A stretch of 64,000 bases of DNA from Botryllus schlosseri (Eukaryota), in the NCBI GenBank assembly GCA_051294905.1, contig CM119371.1:17610001-17674000 (forward strand), written 5' to 3'. Below the pieces are notes generated by a model that did no database searches, was not told the origin of the DNA, and worked only from the letters and a program-made list of their open reading frames with translations. The translations under genes and the position numbers were made by a program. This document shows positions 25,771-40,000 of this stretch, piece by piece; position 1 is the first letter of the stretch, and each line of letters begins with the position of its first letter.

Positions 25771-28184
25771 AGCCACCAACAATAACCGCACAAACGGAAA
25801 CGTGGCTTGTTGTGCAAAGGATTTACGCAGTGCGTGCGACCTATATTTCGAATGACCTGCGCGCTGAATTGTTTCCCATGCAGCTGTGTGCTACTATCGA
25901 TTATTACACTAATCCAGTCAGTGCGAAATAGTTTGCTAAATCTAGGAATCACTTCCAAGGTAATATTTTGGTAATTAGTTTACCACAGAGCCGTCGCAGA
26001 CGGTGATTCGAAAACCAACAATTTGGCACTTGCACGCGATCGCTATATGTTTTGACACTTCGAACAGTGGCTGACTTTAGTTGTATGATAAGAATCATGA
26101 AAATATTCAAGCAATGTGTCAATTTATCAACTTGAAATGAAACTTACTACACAACTCAAGTTGATTCTTATCTGAATGTATTAATTCGACACAACTCTAA
26201 TTCTTTTGAGAAATCCTAATAACGCGATCTGTTGAATCGAACGTAACCTGAATATTACTGACGCCGACTTTCATCCACATCGAATTATTCGCACATTCCG
26301 CGTCGCTGTTTCACGTCTATAGAATCAATACCAACTAGCTCAATGAGAGTCAGGAATCACAAGTATACACATACAATTATTGTATTTAACACTGAGAAAT
26401 CAAACGCTTAACAAAAACACGCAACTAATCATTTACCAACTCTAGCATTACCAAAAAAATTCAGGCATTGTTGATTGAAAATCCTTGAATCCTTATTATC
26501 AAAAAATGTTATAGTGCGGTGTCGGAGTCCATTCGCGGGATGCACTAAAGGTAAATCCAAATAATCCAGAATGAAATATTTGGACTTTGACATTGCGTGA
26601 ATTGAAATATGTTTGACAAACATGACTACCAACTTTCACCCAGTCACATTTCGAGATTATACGCCCATTGATTTGAAACAAGTAATGAAACATTACAACT
26701 CTATTCACGACCTGTCTTTACGTTTGTCAAAGAGAGTTTCAGTAATTACTATCGCGATATTTTAATGTGTTACTACACACAATAGAATCAATCAATGAAA
26801 TATCCCCCATTGCTGTAAACATTTCCAACTTGACAACCGCTTGCACATAACACGATCGAGTTGCAATGCGATTAGTTGAATCGGAATATTTCAACCTACT
26901 CTGTCATATCGCGATTTGAAGTAGGATTGCCAGACAGGCTGGGTAAACTTTCACTCTACTGCGTTTCAGATTAATTTATTCACACGATCACCATCTCGCT
27001 GTTTTCACACTTACACAATCGCGTGCTGTTCCCACTCCCAACTTCGGTACGATATTTCAACTTGCCACAATAACTGATTATTCACATGTTGATTTGAAAC
27101 AAAAGAAGCCTTGAACAAGTTATCTGGGTATTTTTTTGTCACAATTGAGTATAATGGAAATAGTATTACACCTCGAAATTTTAACATCTTACCATACTCA
27201 AAAGAGTCAATCATGAAAACCTTGTCAAGTAAATCCGTTTGTAACTCGGCCAACCAACTAGACAGTACCCATACAGAAAGAAGACAAGATTACGCGAGTA
27301 CATACAATCGCTACAATCTAAAATCCATAGCAAGTTCGGTTGTAGTCATATACCGCCAAATCGTCTTTTTTGTTCAACTGTAAAAGTCGTTACTATTCTG
27401 TAAGATAAAGTAATTACTACTCGGTATATTTTATAAACCAAAGTAAATACTACTCGGTGCGTACAACTTGGGATTAACATATGTTTTGAGTATATGATAT
27501 TTGAATGTCTGACCGATGTAGTTAAGAATTCTTACGATCGAACGGTGTTACATTGAAAGTTATCATGTTGTAAACATTCTTACTAACACGTTGGTTTGAC
27601 ATACGAGATTTTGTAATAGTCGATCACGACTTGATTAATAAATTATGACGTAATTAGACCGGGGTTGTGGTAAATGTTATGATAGCAACAAACTTTTCAG
27701 AAACATTGTTATTAACATATCGATTTGTAAAACTAGATTAACATATCTGAAATGCTTTGATTGGGAAGATTAAGCCGTGTTCGTAAAAACCACGCAGCGT
27801 ATTATTGATATCAGGAAATATTTTACAAATGTAATTGTCTCCAGTAACCAAGACTAAAGATGAAACAACAATTTCCTTTGTTGAACAATAACCGGTACAA
27901 TACTTTATCATCGTAATCTGCGGTGAGAATTGAAACACTTTCACACATTACCCGGTATCAAGATATCACACTAGGTGAATTGACATACCGCCGCTTAATT
28001 AATGCTTAATCCGTTCGCACCATTTCACATACTTTGGTCATCACAAAAGTAAGTTGGGATATGTTTGCTAGATGCATTCAATTCAGTTAGAAATGTCTGG
28101 TGCGCAACAATCGTAATATCAAGGAAGTACTTGCTACGCTGTAATTCAATTAACGTGTTTTGCATTGTTGTTCATTTGTAGTAT

Positions 28185-30898
28185 CAGTGGCGGCTCGTGA
28201 CAATATCGGGTGGTGGGGCAAGGGGTGCGAGTGACTTTTATCAACATGACGTCACAATGGCGTTTTCCAATGTAAAACAGTAACTTTATGGTCACATGAA
28301 TTTCCCAACAACAGTGATTTTAACGTAGGTGCCGCGAGAGGTTTGCCGGTGAGCCGTGACTTGAAGTGTGGTAAAAAATGTTTTATTCATTTTTTTTAAA
28401 TCAAAGGATTATTTTACAAAATGTACGTGAACTAAGAATCGTCACTGTGCCACGAATCAATTATCAGGCCATCCTTAGTAGCATGCGTTATGATTTCATG
28501 GTAGAGTTAGAGATTTTGCAAATCGATAGGCCCTAATTTTTCTAAGCCCGTACGAGAGTGTTTCGTACACGATATATTAGCACCCACGTCTTGTGAGTCG
28601 TTGGAGCAATAGGGATTAGGCTAGTCGATGCAACTGTTCTTTTGTGTTTCAGTTTGATCATTTATTACGGTATTTAACCTATGAATAAATGCAAAGTTGC
28701 ACAGATCCTGGTGTGTTACGACCACTGAGCTGGTGGTTACGACCAGGTGATAGGCAACCAAAGCGGAGGCACCCGGCGTACGATTGGATCAATGGACTGG
28801 ACAACTTAGACCTCTAATTTTCGCTCAAAAGGCAACTGCGTAAAATACGTACGGAGCAAAGATTCAATACGATTCATATTCGCACTTGACTAATTCCAAT
28901 GACTAGAACTCGACAGATTGAGTAAGCCTAACTGGAAAGGTCAACGAGTTCGGACACATACGCAATTGTTATCTCATAGATTGGGCCTGTCATATTGAAT
29001 CCAGATCAGGGCCGGCCAACCCGTGGCCCGCGGGCCAAATGTGGCCCGCGAGAAGGTTTTGAGTGGCCCGCGAGGTAATTTCCGAAATTTCTAATATCAT
29101 CAAAAATGGATTGCACAGATTGTGAACTTGCAAGGGCAACCAAAAATTTGATTAGTCTGGCCGCAACACTTGAGATGTGATGACTAAAATATCAGTTTCG
29201 ACTCATTGACAGATCCATCAACCATCCATATATTGGTATATCTTCGTACACTACAATAAAGCAGAATAATTTGCGATAGATTTATCAAAGGTAAAAATTT
29301 TCTACAAGCTTAGCGCAATATGTTGTCACTCGATTTCTTGTTCTTAATATTGTTACCCTTTTGTGAAAATTGAAGAACACCCACTGTATCAGATTGAGTC
29401 TAACTATATATTAGCGATTACGAGACAAAGTGTCGTTCAACATATGCAACCTTGCGTTGGCACTGGCAGTAAGACCGTCGACTATGAAACCTAGGCACGA
29501 TGATTGACGCATGTTGGTCGCAGCTTTCGATATCGATATGTCCATGCGCCGAATAGCCCAGTCCTCGCAAACTTAGCCCAGCGATATACAGCAGGCCCGC
29601 AATATAATCAAGTGACAATGTTATTGGCCTATGAACTTCAAAACAAATTCGCGCTTCGCGCGGATAGTGGCCGGCGCAAAAGTTCGTCAATCGAATGTGG
29701 CCCTTTGGCTGAAAAGGTTGGCCAGCCCTGATCCAGATGATCAATTTGAATGGTCTTTGAAGAACTAAGGACAGCAGCCTCGGAACTTCGGTCTCGGAAC
29801 AACATAGGAAATTTTGGCCTTGAAATTGGAGACTGTGACACAACACATACGGCTTACTGTCTATAAGTCTGCTGCGAAATCGTCGTTGGAAAATATATTA
29901 TTCAATAAATACATGAATGAAAGCCGCAAACTTAGTATACTGTTACAAGAAATCATCAAGAAGTAGCATAGGCCTACGCAGTCTCATACATAACCCATTC
30001 CGGCATGGTACACTGTCAAAATCTATACAAACATACGAACGCCGAACGGCTTTTGCGTAAATCTGCTAGCGATAAATGAAGAGTCAGCTCTCACTCGACT
30101 TCGGAAACGAAATTACCACCAACATAGTTCAGTGACAAACTTAAAACTTGTTTGTTACAGCGGTCGATACTACCATTAAGACTTAGTGTGCCAAACTGCC
30201 AAATGTCATGACCGATCTCGGTATGCAACATCGTCAAAATCAATGGAGACCAAATACCGGCTTTTGAGTAAAATCTGTTTGCTGTACAATGTACAATTGT
30301 ACATGATAGATCAGCACACACTATACTTCGGAAACGAAATTAGTACCCTTATCTTTAAGTATAGCAAGCCTGAAACTTGGAGCAGTGTTAAATACAACCT
30401 TCACGACATATCATACCAAGTTTCAAGAATTATCATGGTGCGAAACACCGTCAAAATCGACCTATACCAGCAAAGGTCGACTCAACGCATGTTACGGTAA
30501 CCGAGTTCAGATATAGATGCGATTGTTACATCACACCTTAAGGGCAACTAGGCATATTCGCCCCGGCTGCTCGGCCATTTTACGAATAGGAGAGAGTAAA
30601 TCACCGTTTCTTTATTGTGCGCGGCTTTGAGAGAATAGATAGTGAAAGCTTGTTATGAGCGCTACCGGGGCAAGCCCCGGCTAGGCATTCACAAAGCGAA
30701 AACACAGAAGAGAATTCGATTTTCGCAGATACTTCGCTATGTATGGGCATTTGCAAGCGAAAGCACAAGAAGAACGCGGGTTTCGCTGTGATCTCGGTAT
30801 ATATTGAGCGCTGTGCGTCTATAAATGGTTCAATTGTTATTGAACAGAATTTTAGGTGGGGCAATGCCCCAGTTGCCCTATAGGACGAGCCGCCACTG
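28185..30898. mobile_element. Non-autonomous hAT element (2.7 kb) inserted in the left arm
   Basis: Perfect 14-bp TIR CAGTGGCGGCTCGT; perfect 8-bp TSD TGTAGTAT; empty site seen in the right arm at about 44545-44556. Confidence 0.95.
29007..29730 (+). mobile_element. hAT MITE family F, copy 2 (nested)
   Basis: TIR CAGGGC(C/T)GGCCAACC; perfect 8-bp TSD ATCCAGAT. Confidence 0.9.
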
Positions 30899-33177
30899 TG
30901 TAGTATTGATTGTTTTTGAACCCCCAAATAATAATAATTCCCGACATGAAACCAAACCGCTGAAAGTCGTTACCATCACAACGAAACAATTTGTACGATG
31001 TTTACCAAATGTATCCTATAGTTAGGTGTACTAGAATTATTTGTCTAACACATACACCGACAATGCAATCGAAAATTTTTCCGTTGTCATTCGCTAAAGT
31101 AAATGTCATCACAATACTCTGTCACTAAAAGACGGTACTTGCATGTGATTGAATCCCTACCAACTCACTAAACCGAACTCCAAAGAAATTTTACTCACTC
31201 GACGGATATGAAACAGCGTCGCTTAATCGGTCTATATCGTTTTTCTAAAGGTAAATCATATCCATCCAATAGAAAACAATTTTCACTAGCTTGGTAATGA
31301 AACCGAAGTCTTCATTCGATATTTTTTTTGTGTCAAATACTTTGCAATAAACACATTTGAGTGGTTGAGCTTCACATCATCAAGCTGTCATTTGTAAATC
31401 AAGATTTCGGTAAACTTGTAAATGTATCGTTTAACTAACCGAGTTGTATGCACAGTTTGATATTTTTGTCATTTAGTGATTGTTGAACATACCACTTCGA
31501 AATACTGCATTGATCTTAATTTCCATCATCATGATAATCGAAGTACATTTATTTCAAATTCGTAACAACCGGCTTTTCTATGACATGATAAATTTTTGAC
31601 AAGTTATGCTTAGAAGATTGGTTGCATATCGCGAAAAATAATATACCACTCATATTGATGCTGTTACTCCATTGATCGATATTTTCAAACGAGTAAAATT
31701 TATTACTTGAGTTTCTCCGCTTAATGTAAATGAAAACTCAGCCGTCTTTTAACAACAAACAATGATAAAAAAGTAGGCAATCAAACACAACACTTTGTAC
31801 GACACTAATTATTGTTCCACACATCTCATTTCATACTAAGTTTATACGAAAGATATTCATGACACATGAAAATATTCGCTCATGCTACGAACATACGCAA
31901 TGATTGGTGGTGCTTTCAAACTGTTTCGATATCACAAGAACTTTATTGTCTGAATGGGTGTTCATGTATCTTAATAATCAAATAGTTCAACACAGAACTA
32001 GTACTAACAGAAACATCAGAGAGTTGTTTACACAAAAGTTTGTATGTGTACAGTATGTGAATACCATGTGTAAGTCCAGCACAATTGCAGTATCCATCCG
32101 AGTTTAGTCAACACAAATTTATTACAACGGAGCCACGTAAACTTTCGTGAAAGAAAAGCATACTCACTTCCAGAGGGTTATGTCAACACCATAGCAGTAA
32201 ATCAGCTACTCCAACAACAAAGTACATATGTTTCTAGCCACGGTCCTTACATCTTTCACATAGATCAATCTACTTTGCTAACGAAAAGTGCTGAGTCATC
32301 ACATGATCGCTCTCACAACAAAACAGCTAGTAGATATTATCATACAAAAATATTCCTAACCCTTTACACACCAGTGACAAATCATACAACGAATATGCTT
32401 TGCGGGTCGAATTGTTGTTCAGTGTCAAGTCTACCTGTTGAAACGTACATTAAAACAACACAGTCACAATTCAATTAAAACCACGAATCTATTTTCATTT
32501 CGTCACATACAGAAAAATAAATTTTCTTTCTCCAACACATACTTGTAACCAATCGCTTTCATTAAACACACAACTTCCTAAAAGTATTTACTTTCTACAA
32601 CATAGACATTCCGATGTAGTCAAGAAATATTTTTATTAATCAAAATCATCGATTTCTGTTCACGGCGTTAGTGTGTGCATGTCATACCTGTGGACCCCGT
32701 ATTAAAATGGACACGGCACGACTGAATGTAAGGGGGTAGAAGTCTATCGCATCGATTTACATGCGGTCTTCGCTACGGTTTCAAAAAAACGAATCATCTA
32801 TTTTGCATTGGTCGAGACCGAGCGAACCAGTTACATGTATTCGCGGTAATGATTTTGCTTGTCATATGCGAATGATAGGATTGCTACTCCGACAAATCAA
32901 CATACAACAATCTTCTGACGATCATAATGGCAATTTCATTTTCCGCCCATTCATAATTGTATACACACGAAAAGTATATTGTACAACTCGGTAACTACAT
33001 TTAACAAGACCAATCACACAACCAGCGTTCAACACAAGATACCTACCCAAGTAAAAATATCATTCTGGTTTGGACAACTGACGTTTACCTGTGTAAAATT
33101 ATCATTTTCACTTGGGGGTCCACCGTTACCTAACTAAAATACCATTGTCCTTTGAAGATTTATCGTTTACCCAATGT

Positions 33178-33570
33178 AACAAACCCCTTTTCACTTGGAA
33201 ATCTATTTTTGCCCTGGATAACAAACCCCTTTTCACTTGGAAATCTATTTTTGCCCTGGATAACACACCTTTTTCACTTGGAAATATACTTTTTCTCTGG
33301 GTAACAAACCTTTTTCACTTGGAAATATATTTTTTCCCAGAGTAAGAAACCTTTTTCACTTGGAAATCTATTTTTTCCCTGGCTAACAAACCTTTTTCAC
33401 TTGGAAATATATTTTTCCCCAGAGTAAGAAACCTTTTTCACTTGGAAATCTATTTATTCCCTGGGTAACAAACCTTTTTCACTTGGAAATATATTTTTTC
33501 CCAGAGTAAGAAACCTTTTCCACTTGGAAACCTATTTTTTCCCTGGGCAACAAACCTTTTTCGCTTGGTG
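33178..33570 (+). repeat. Minisatellite, about 40-42-bp unit, about 10 copies, left arm
   Basis: Repeated AAACCTTTTTCACTTGGAAAT(A/C)TATTTTT(T)CCC(T/A)G. Confidence 0.9.
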
Positions 33571-34433
33571 ATCCGTCGTTTACCTGAGTAAAAATATCAT
33601 TGTCCTTTGGGGATCTGGCGTTTACCCAGTGTAACAATACATTTTCTCTTGGTCATCTAGCTTTTCTTAGAGTAACAAAACCATTTTCATTTTGAAATCT
33701 GACAAACACACCTGACAATTTGTTGTATTGACGATAGTTTGAAATAGATTACAACGAACAGTGACGGAAATATACACGGACTACCGGTTTCAGAGTATAC
33801 CTCCATCAGTCGTATCACATCAATATCATCGGTTAACCACATACAATATGCTCTTGTACACAGAAATGCATGTTTTGGAAAATTGGACAATAGGCTTCGA
33901 TAGTTCTGTGATGTCCGGGTTCGTGCTTTGGATTTTCCAGAGTCAAAATGTCTGAATAAAACACCTCCTCGACGATGGTTGGTATGTGGATAACGGTGTT
34001 CGGAAAACGGTTGGATTTATGTCACCCATCGCGATAACAATTCCTGATCGAGTTTTCTCCCACATGTTTACTATATTGTGTCTTTATTGGTCAATGTATG
34101 TCTCGACATTCAGTTTGAAATCGGAAATGATAAAGTATGTAACCGGATCCGGATATCAACTCTGAATCGATAAACCAATGAACAATATTCAAAGTAAACA
34201 TGTTACACCCTGTGTTTCCACGAAAAAATACCATCCAGACATACGTCGCGCTTGTTTGCCCACACCAGTATACGCGCAAATGGAGGTGTGAGACATTGCA
34301 TGCAATGTGTTGGTATACAAACATCGATCCACAGACATTATCATAACCGGTAATTTTGATGCAGATCGAATGTCATCAAGCACACCCGATAACAATGTCA
34401 TACCAATAAGCCACATTGCAATGACTCTGAGTC

Positions 34434-35366
34434 CGCGCTATTACATCGATATTTCGACACCGTTCACTGATTTACTCGATGGTTTTATCGCGTTGTAACA
34501 TCACAAGATAGTCATGACCCTATCTCCAGACAGATCACCCAGACCAATTGGATACATCGGGCAATATCCAGCGTGATGTCGACACCGAAGTTCTCTGTTG
34601 TACAGCGTTTGACCAAGGTGAACTATCGAAGTACGGTGCTCGAAATGATTGCGATCAGTCTTTCAGTCACGATGCAAGGATGTCGCTATTCCCACATAAC
34701 GACTCCAGATAAATATCGTGAACAGTGATTCTGAAAATCTCTGACTGATACTGTCATCTAATAAGGTGTGTTTCTGTGGAATCAAGACTGTAATCGTACA
34801 CCACAATAGAACACTACCTCGCGATTTCACACACAATCATAAAACACATCATCGTAAGGGTCCAGTTCGTCCGGCAACATTTCGAAACGGTCATCGCCAC
34901 AAGAGATCGAGGTTGCGCTCGTCGTATCGGTGGCATTTTGACACTGTCATCACCACAAGGCTATTGACGTCGTTTCGGTTGGTCATGTCAATCCGTTTTA
35001 CAATTTACCGTTTTTCAACTCCACGCACCATAGTGTTACGACACAGACAAGAAGCGTCGGTGGAAATGATAAAACACGGAAGGCACACTTTGGTGTTATT
35101 TGATATGGATTTTACACCAGACGAACCTCACATTCGAGCGATGCATTTGAATGGTGATTGTATTATTGATGTCCAAGGAAAAGAAATGTATCGATTTATC
35201 GGTTTCGTACATATCCAACAAAAACCTGGGTATATGATTGTGCATGGTTCGCATATTCGACTGTGAACGCCCAATTGGTATATGTTGTACAGTTCACTTT
35301 CACCGTCGTGCGAATAACCCATGTTACGGCTCCATGTTTGTGTGTCTGTATGTCATGCTTCAGATT
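34434..35366. other. Unique 933-bp spacer (loop) at the palindrome centre, containing a 166-aa ORF (34766-35266, +) of unknown status
   Basis: Inverted symmetry stops at ATGACTCTGAGTC (34433) and resumes at GACTCAGAGTCAT (35367). Confidence 0.85.
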
Positions 35367-36221
35367 GACTCAGAGTCATTGCAATGTGACTTATTGGTAT
35401 GACATTTTTATCGGGTGACATTCGATCTACATCAAAACTACCGGCTATGATAATGTCTGTGGATCGATGTTTGTATACCAACACATTGCATGCAATGTCA
35501 CACACCTCCATTTACGCGTATACTGATACGGGCAAACAAGCGCGACGTATGTCTGGATAGTATTTTTTCGTGGAAACACAGGGTGTACCATGTTTACTTT
35601 GAATATTGTTCATTGGTTTATCGATTCAGAGTTGATATCCGGATCCGGTTACATACTTTATCATTTCCGATTTCAAACTGAATGTCGAGACATGCATTGA
35701 CCAATAAAGACACAATATAGTAAACATGTGGGAGAAAACTCGATCAGGATTTGTTATCGCGATGGGTGACATAAATCCAACCGTTTTCCGAACACCGTTA
35801 TCCACATACCAACCATCGTCGAGGAGGTGTTTTATTCAGACATTTTGACTCTGGAAAATCCAAAGCACGAACCCGGACATCACAGAACTATCGAAGCCTA
35901 TTGTCCAATTTTCCAAAACATGCATTTCTGTGTACAAGAGCATATTGTATGTGGTTAACCGATGATATTGATGTGATACGACTGATGGAGGTATACTCTG
36001 AAACCGGTAGTCCGTGTATATTTCCGTCACTGTTCGTTGTAATCTATTTCAAACTATCGTCAATACAACAAATTGTCAGGTGTGTTTGTCAGATTTCAAA
36101 ATGAAAATGGTTTTGTTACTCTAGGAAAAGCTAGATGACCAAGAGAAAATGTATTGTTACACTGGGTAAACGCCAGATCCCCAAAGGACAATGATATTTT
36201 TACTCAGGTAAACGACGGATC

Positions 36222-36615
36222 ACCAAGCGAAAAAGGTTTGTTACCCAGGGAAAAAATAGGTTTCCAAGTGGAAAAGGTTTCTTACTCTGGGAAAAAATAT
36301 ATTTCCAAGTGAAAAAGGTTTGTTACCCAGGGAAAAAATAGATTTCCAAGTGAAAAAGGTTTCTTACTCTGGGAAAAAATATATTTCCAAGTGAAAAAGG
36401 TTTGTTACCCAGGGAAAAAATAGATTTCCAAGTGAAAAAGGTTTCTTACTCTGGGAAAAAATATATTTCCAAGTGAAAAAGGTTTGTTACCCAGAGAAAA
36501 AGTATATTTCCAAGTGAAAAAGGTGTGTTATCCAGGGCAAAAATAGATTTCCAAGTGAAAAGGGGTTTGTTATCCAGGGCAAAAATAGATTTCCAAGTGA
36601 AAAGGGGTTTGTTAC
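36222..36615 (-). repeat. Mirror copy of the 40-42-bp minisatellite, right arm
   Basis: Repeated TTTCCAAGTGAAAAAGGTTT, the reverse complement of 33178-33570. Confidence 0.9.
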
Positions 36616-37054
36616 ATTGGGTAAACGATAAATCTTCAAAGGACAATGGTATTTTAGTTAGGTAACGGTGGATCCCCAAGTGAAAATGATAATTTTACAC
36701 AGGTAAACGTCAGTTGTCCAAACCAGAATGATATTTTTACTTGGGTAGGTATCTTGTGTTGAACGCTGGTTGTGTGATTGGTCTTGTTAAATGTAGTTAC
36801 CGAGTTGTACAATATACTTTTCGTGTGTATACAATTATGAATGGGCTGAAAATGAAATTGCCATTATGATCGTCAGAAGATTGTTGTATGTTGATTTGTC
36901 GGAGTAGCAATCCTATCATTCGCATATGACAAGCAAAATCATTACCGCGAATACATGTAACTGGTTCGCTCGGTCTCGACCAATGCAAAATAGATGATTC
37001 GTTTTTTTGAAACCGTAGCGAAGACCGCATGTAAATCGATGCGATAGACTTCTA

Positions 37055-40000
37055 CACTCTAAATTTAGAAGTGTTGCTCAACCCGGAAAATTGAACACGA
37101 TTTGTGATCCAAAATTGAACACTTAGAAGTGTTGCGAAGTGTTTAAATTTAAAGTGTTTACCTAAACAAGTGTTCAGTCTCAAAGTGGCTGGTTGACCTG
37201 TCACCGGAACGCAGGGCTCAAAATGAAATCGGATTTTATTGCTGCATTAATAAATGACACTTATAACACCCAACCTGGGCGAATATTGAATAAATACGTG
37301 CAAACAATCAAATTTCCAATAGCTGCTGTGACAGGGTTTTATAAATTCAAATCAGCAATTGAAACCGTTTCCGGAATAGTTCATGAAATCACCAACATCA
37401 CAAATGATTCAGAGCAAACTCACTACAAATATCATGCAACTCACTCAATCATGGGAATGAAAACGATGCACTGGGATAGTTATAACAAAATATCATTTAG
37501 TGTCTTAACTTTTCGTGACAGGGGCATGGAATCAAATTCATTGGTTACGTCCATTAGCAGAAAATAAGATCAACGCAAATCATTACAACTTATGGAAAAC
37601 GTATCAAATTATGGTTTGTAAATTGCAAAGTTTATTATTAACAAACAAAACAAATGTATCAGTACCACTACCACAACCAAGAAAACTAACCACAAGTATT
37701 TCTTCATTCTTAATGAAATTGGGCCCGCTAACCAGGCAACAAAAATATTCTAGTGCTTGCATTACAAGTATTTATATCAGGGTAATGCCAATCACTTTTA
37801 GTTTAAACAACATGAATGGTTTCTTCGATTCAATACAAATTTTGCAGATTTATAGAAAAGATTTTTGTTGTCCTTTACCACAGTGTGCTGCAAAAGAAAA
37901 TGAAATCTGGAAGTCATTACGGCAGTGGTTTCCAAAATGTCAACAATCTTTCTGAATGCTCCATCTTCGCCGAAGCATTTTTATATTCTTGCGATCAGCT
38001 GCAACCAAGGCTTGATGAATCTTTGCTTCGAGGCGTGCCATGGCGGCTCCGTCTTTTTACTGGTCGACTCCGAGTGGTGCTCCTTGAAAATATGAAATAC
38101 CAAAGTTTTGAATATGCCAAGGAAAATTCTAATTTTTAATCAGAAATAAATAAAAATATTTCAGATAGGTAGGTTACAGAAGCACGGGAAAGGCGCTCGG
38201 CTACATGTGAAATCCTATCACTGAGTTAGAGTAAGACTAAAATTAGCAAAACGACTAATAAAAATATCTTTAATCAGGTCTGTATTTTTTCTATTCGGCC
38301 ATTTTAACATTTACATTAACATGGCAGGCATTACCAGGCAACAATGAAAATGCTAAAATGTTACTTTGAATGAAATTCATAGCAAAACGTTGCAGGTCTT
38401 TCTAAACTTGTATGGCCCATAAAACAGAAAGATTACCTGATTCAATGATAAGACATACCCTCGGAACTTGAACATATATTCGTTTGTTACTCCATTTGGC
38501 TTGAAGAAGAAGACAGTTGACTGACTTCATCAACCTCATTTTGCTGAAAATAAAATTGATTGCAAACAAGATCAGACAATAAATATGACAAAATAATTTG
38601 TACTGATGGGGTTAGAATTGCTGTTTCTATGGGTTCAGATTTCCATTATGATAATTGACATACGATTTACATATAAATTTTAATCTAAGATCATATAGCT
38701 GCTTTGAATTTAGACGAGAAATATATCAGACAAAGGACACTTCGATCGTCTTTAGTGCAAAAACTTTGTTACATCTTATCGTAGGTGTTGAGAACTTTTC
38801 CTTCATTGCAGGAATTGTAACTGTTGTCAATCATTTAAAAATCCTTCATTCCTGATTAAATTTAATTAATGCAAATTGGAAATTCTCCTAATTTGATGTT
38901 CACCTAGTGCGTTATAGTTCAGTAAGACATACTTCAAATACAAGTTACACGAGCTCATTACGTTCAACTACATCTCTGTTCAATGTATACAGATGAAGCC
39001 TTTTTCAGCTCATATCGGCTCTACTAGATAGTTTGTGAGAAAAGTTGGACTGCAAAAAACCAGCACAAATGGTGATATATAAAATTAATAAATAGGCTTA
39101 CATATTCATACGTTTCCATGGGTTCGTGAGACAAACGCATGTATCGCATAAGATTACTTCACCGGGCAAAAATCCGTTACGAGTGAGTCCTCACGTCACC
39201 GTCAACATTGTCAGATAGCGCAGGCACAGTAGAAAAAGAGGGCTCTTTTCAAGAAGTTGACATCAGTTGGACGAATTTGAGGACCAATCCAAGACTAATG
39301 AATAGAAAATATTTTTTTCAAAAATTTGCAATAAAAGTGAACTAACTATTCAGTATTAACGCAGATATCAGACTAGATACAATTGTGCGTGACAGAAGTG
39401 TGTCTTTCATAGAATAATTAAATAATGGAATGGAAAGTTGCACGTAACGCTACCACCAATTTTACTCTGGCACAGGTAGCATACTTCCTGGATTATTAAT
39501 CATTTTAGTGAATTTTATCCGCAAACATTCAGGAAAATCTTTATCACGAAGGTAAATTCATTATCTAAGGATATACCAGTTTACTTACGAAACACTGCGA
39601 TGCTTACCAGTATTTCAAACACCAAATGCATTTCAAAAAGGTGCCAATTGCCATACATACTACCTGCACTTTACGGCATTTTTCATATTCTTTCCATCAG
39701 CAGCAACGCAGGCTTGACGAGTCCCTGATTCGTGGCGTGCGATGGCGGCTCCATCTTTTTACTGGTCAAATCCAAATGCTTCTCCTAGAAAATACGATAA
39801 ATACCAAAGGAAAATTGTAAATTTTATGCAGAAGTAAATATAAATATTTCACACAGGTAGGTTACAGAAGCGCAGGAGAGGTGATCAGCCCCCCCAGGTT
39901 GAGAACCACTGACCTAGCCCATTATAGTTCAGTAAGCAATAGTTGAAGTACACGTTACACGAGCTCATTACGTTCAACTACATCTCTGTACAGTGTACAC

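Noticed and set aside
24343..25958. Overlapping ORFs of 64-138 aa (and mirrors at 46776-48323) as genes
   Set aside because: They arise from GC-rich terminal repeats, some cross element boundaries, and none has a recognisable domain.
33178..33570. CRISPR-like array of about 41-bp period
   Set aside because: The units are contiguous tandem repeats without variable spacers.
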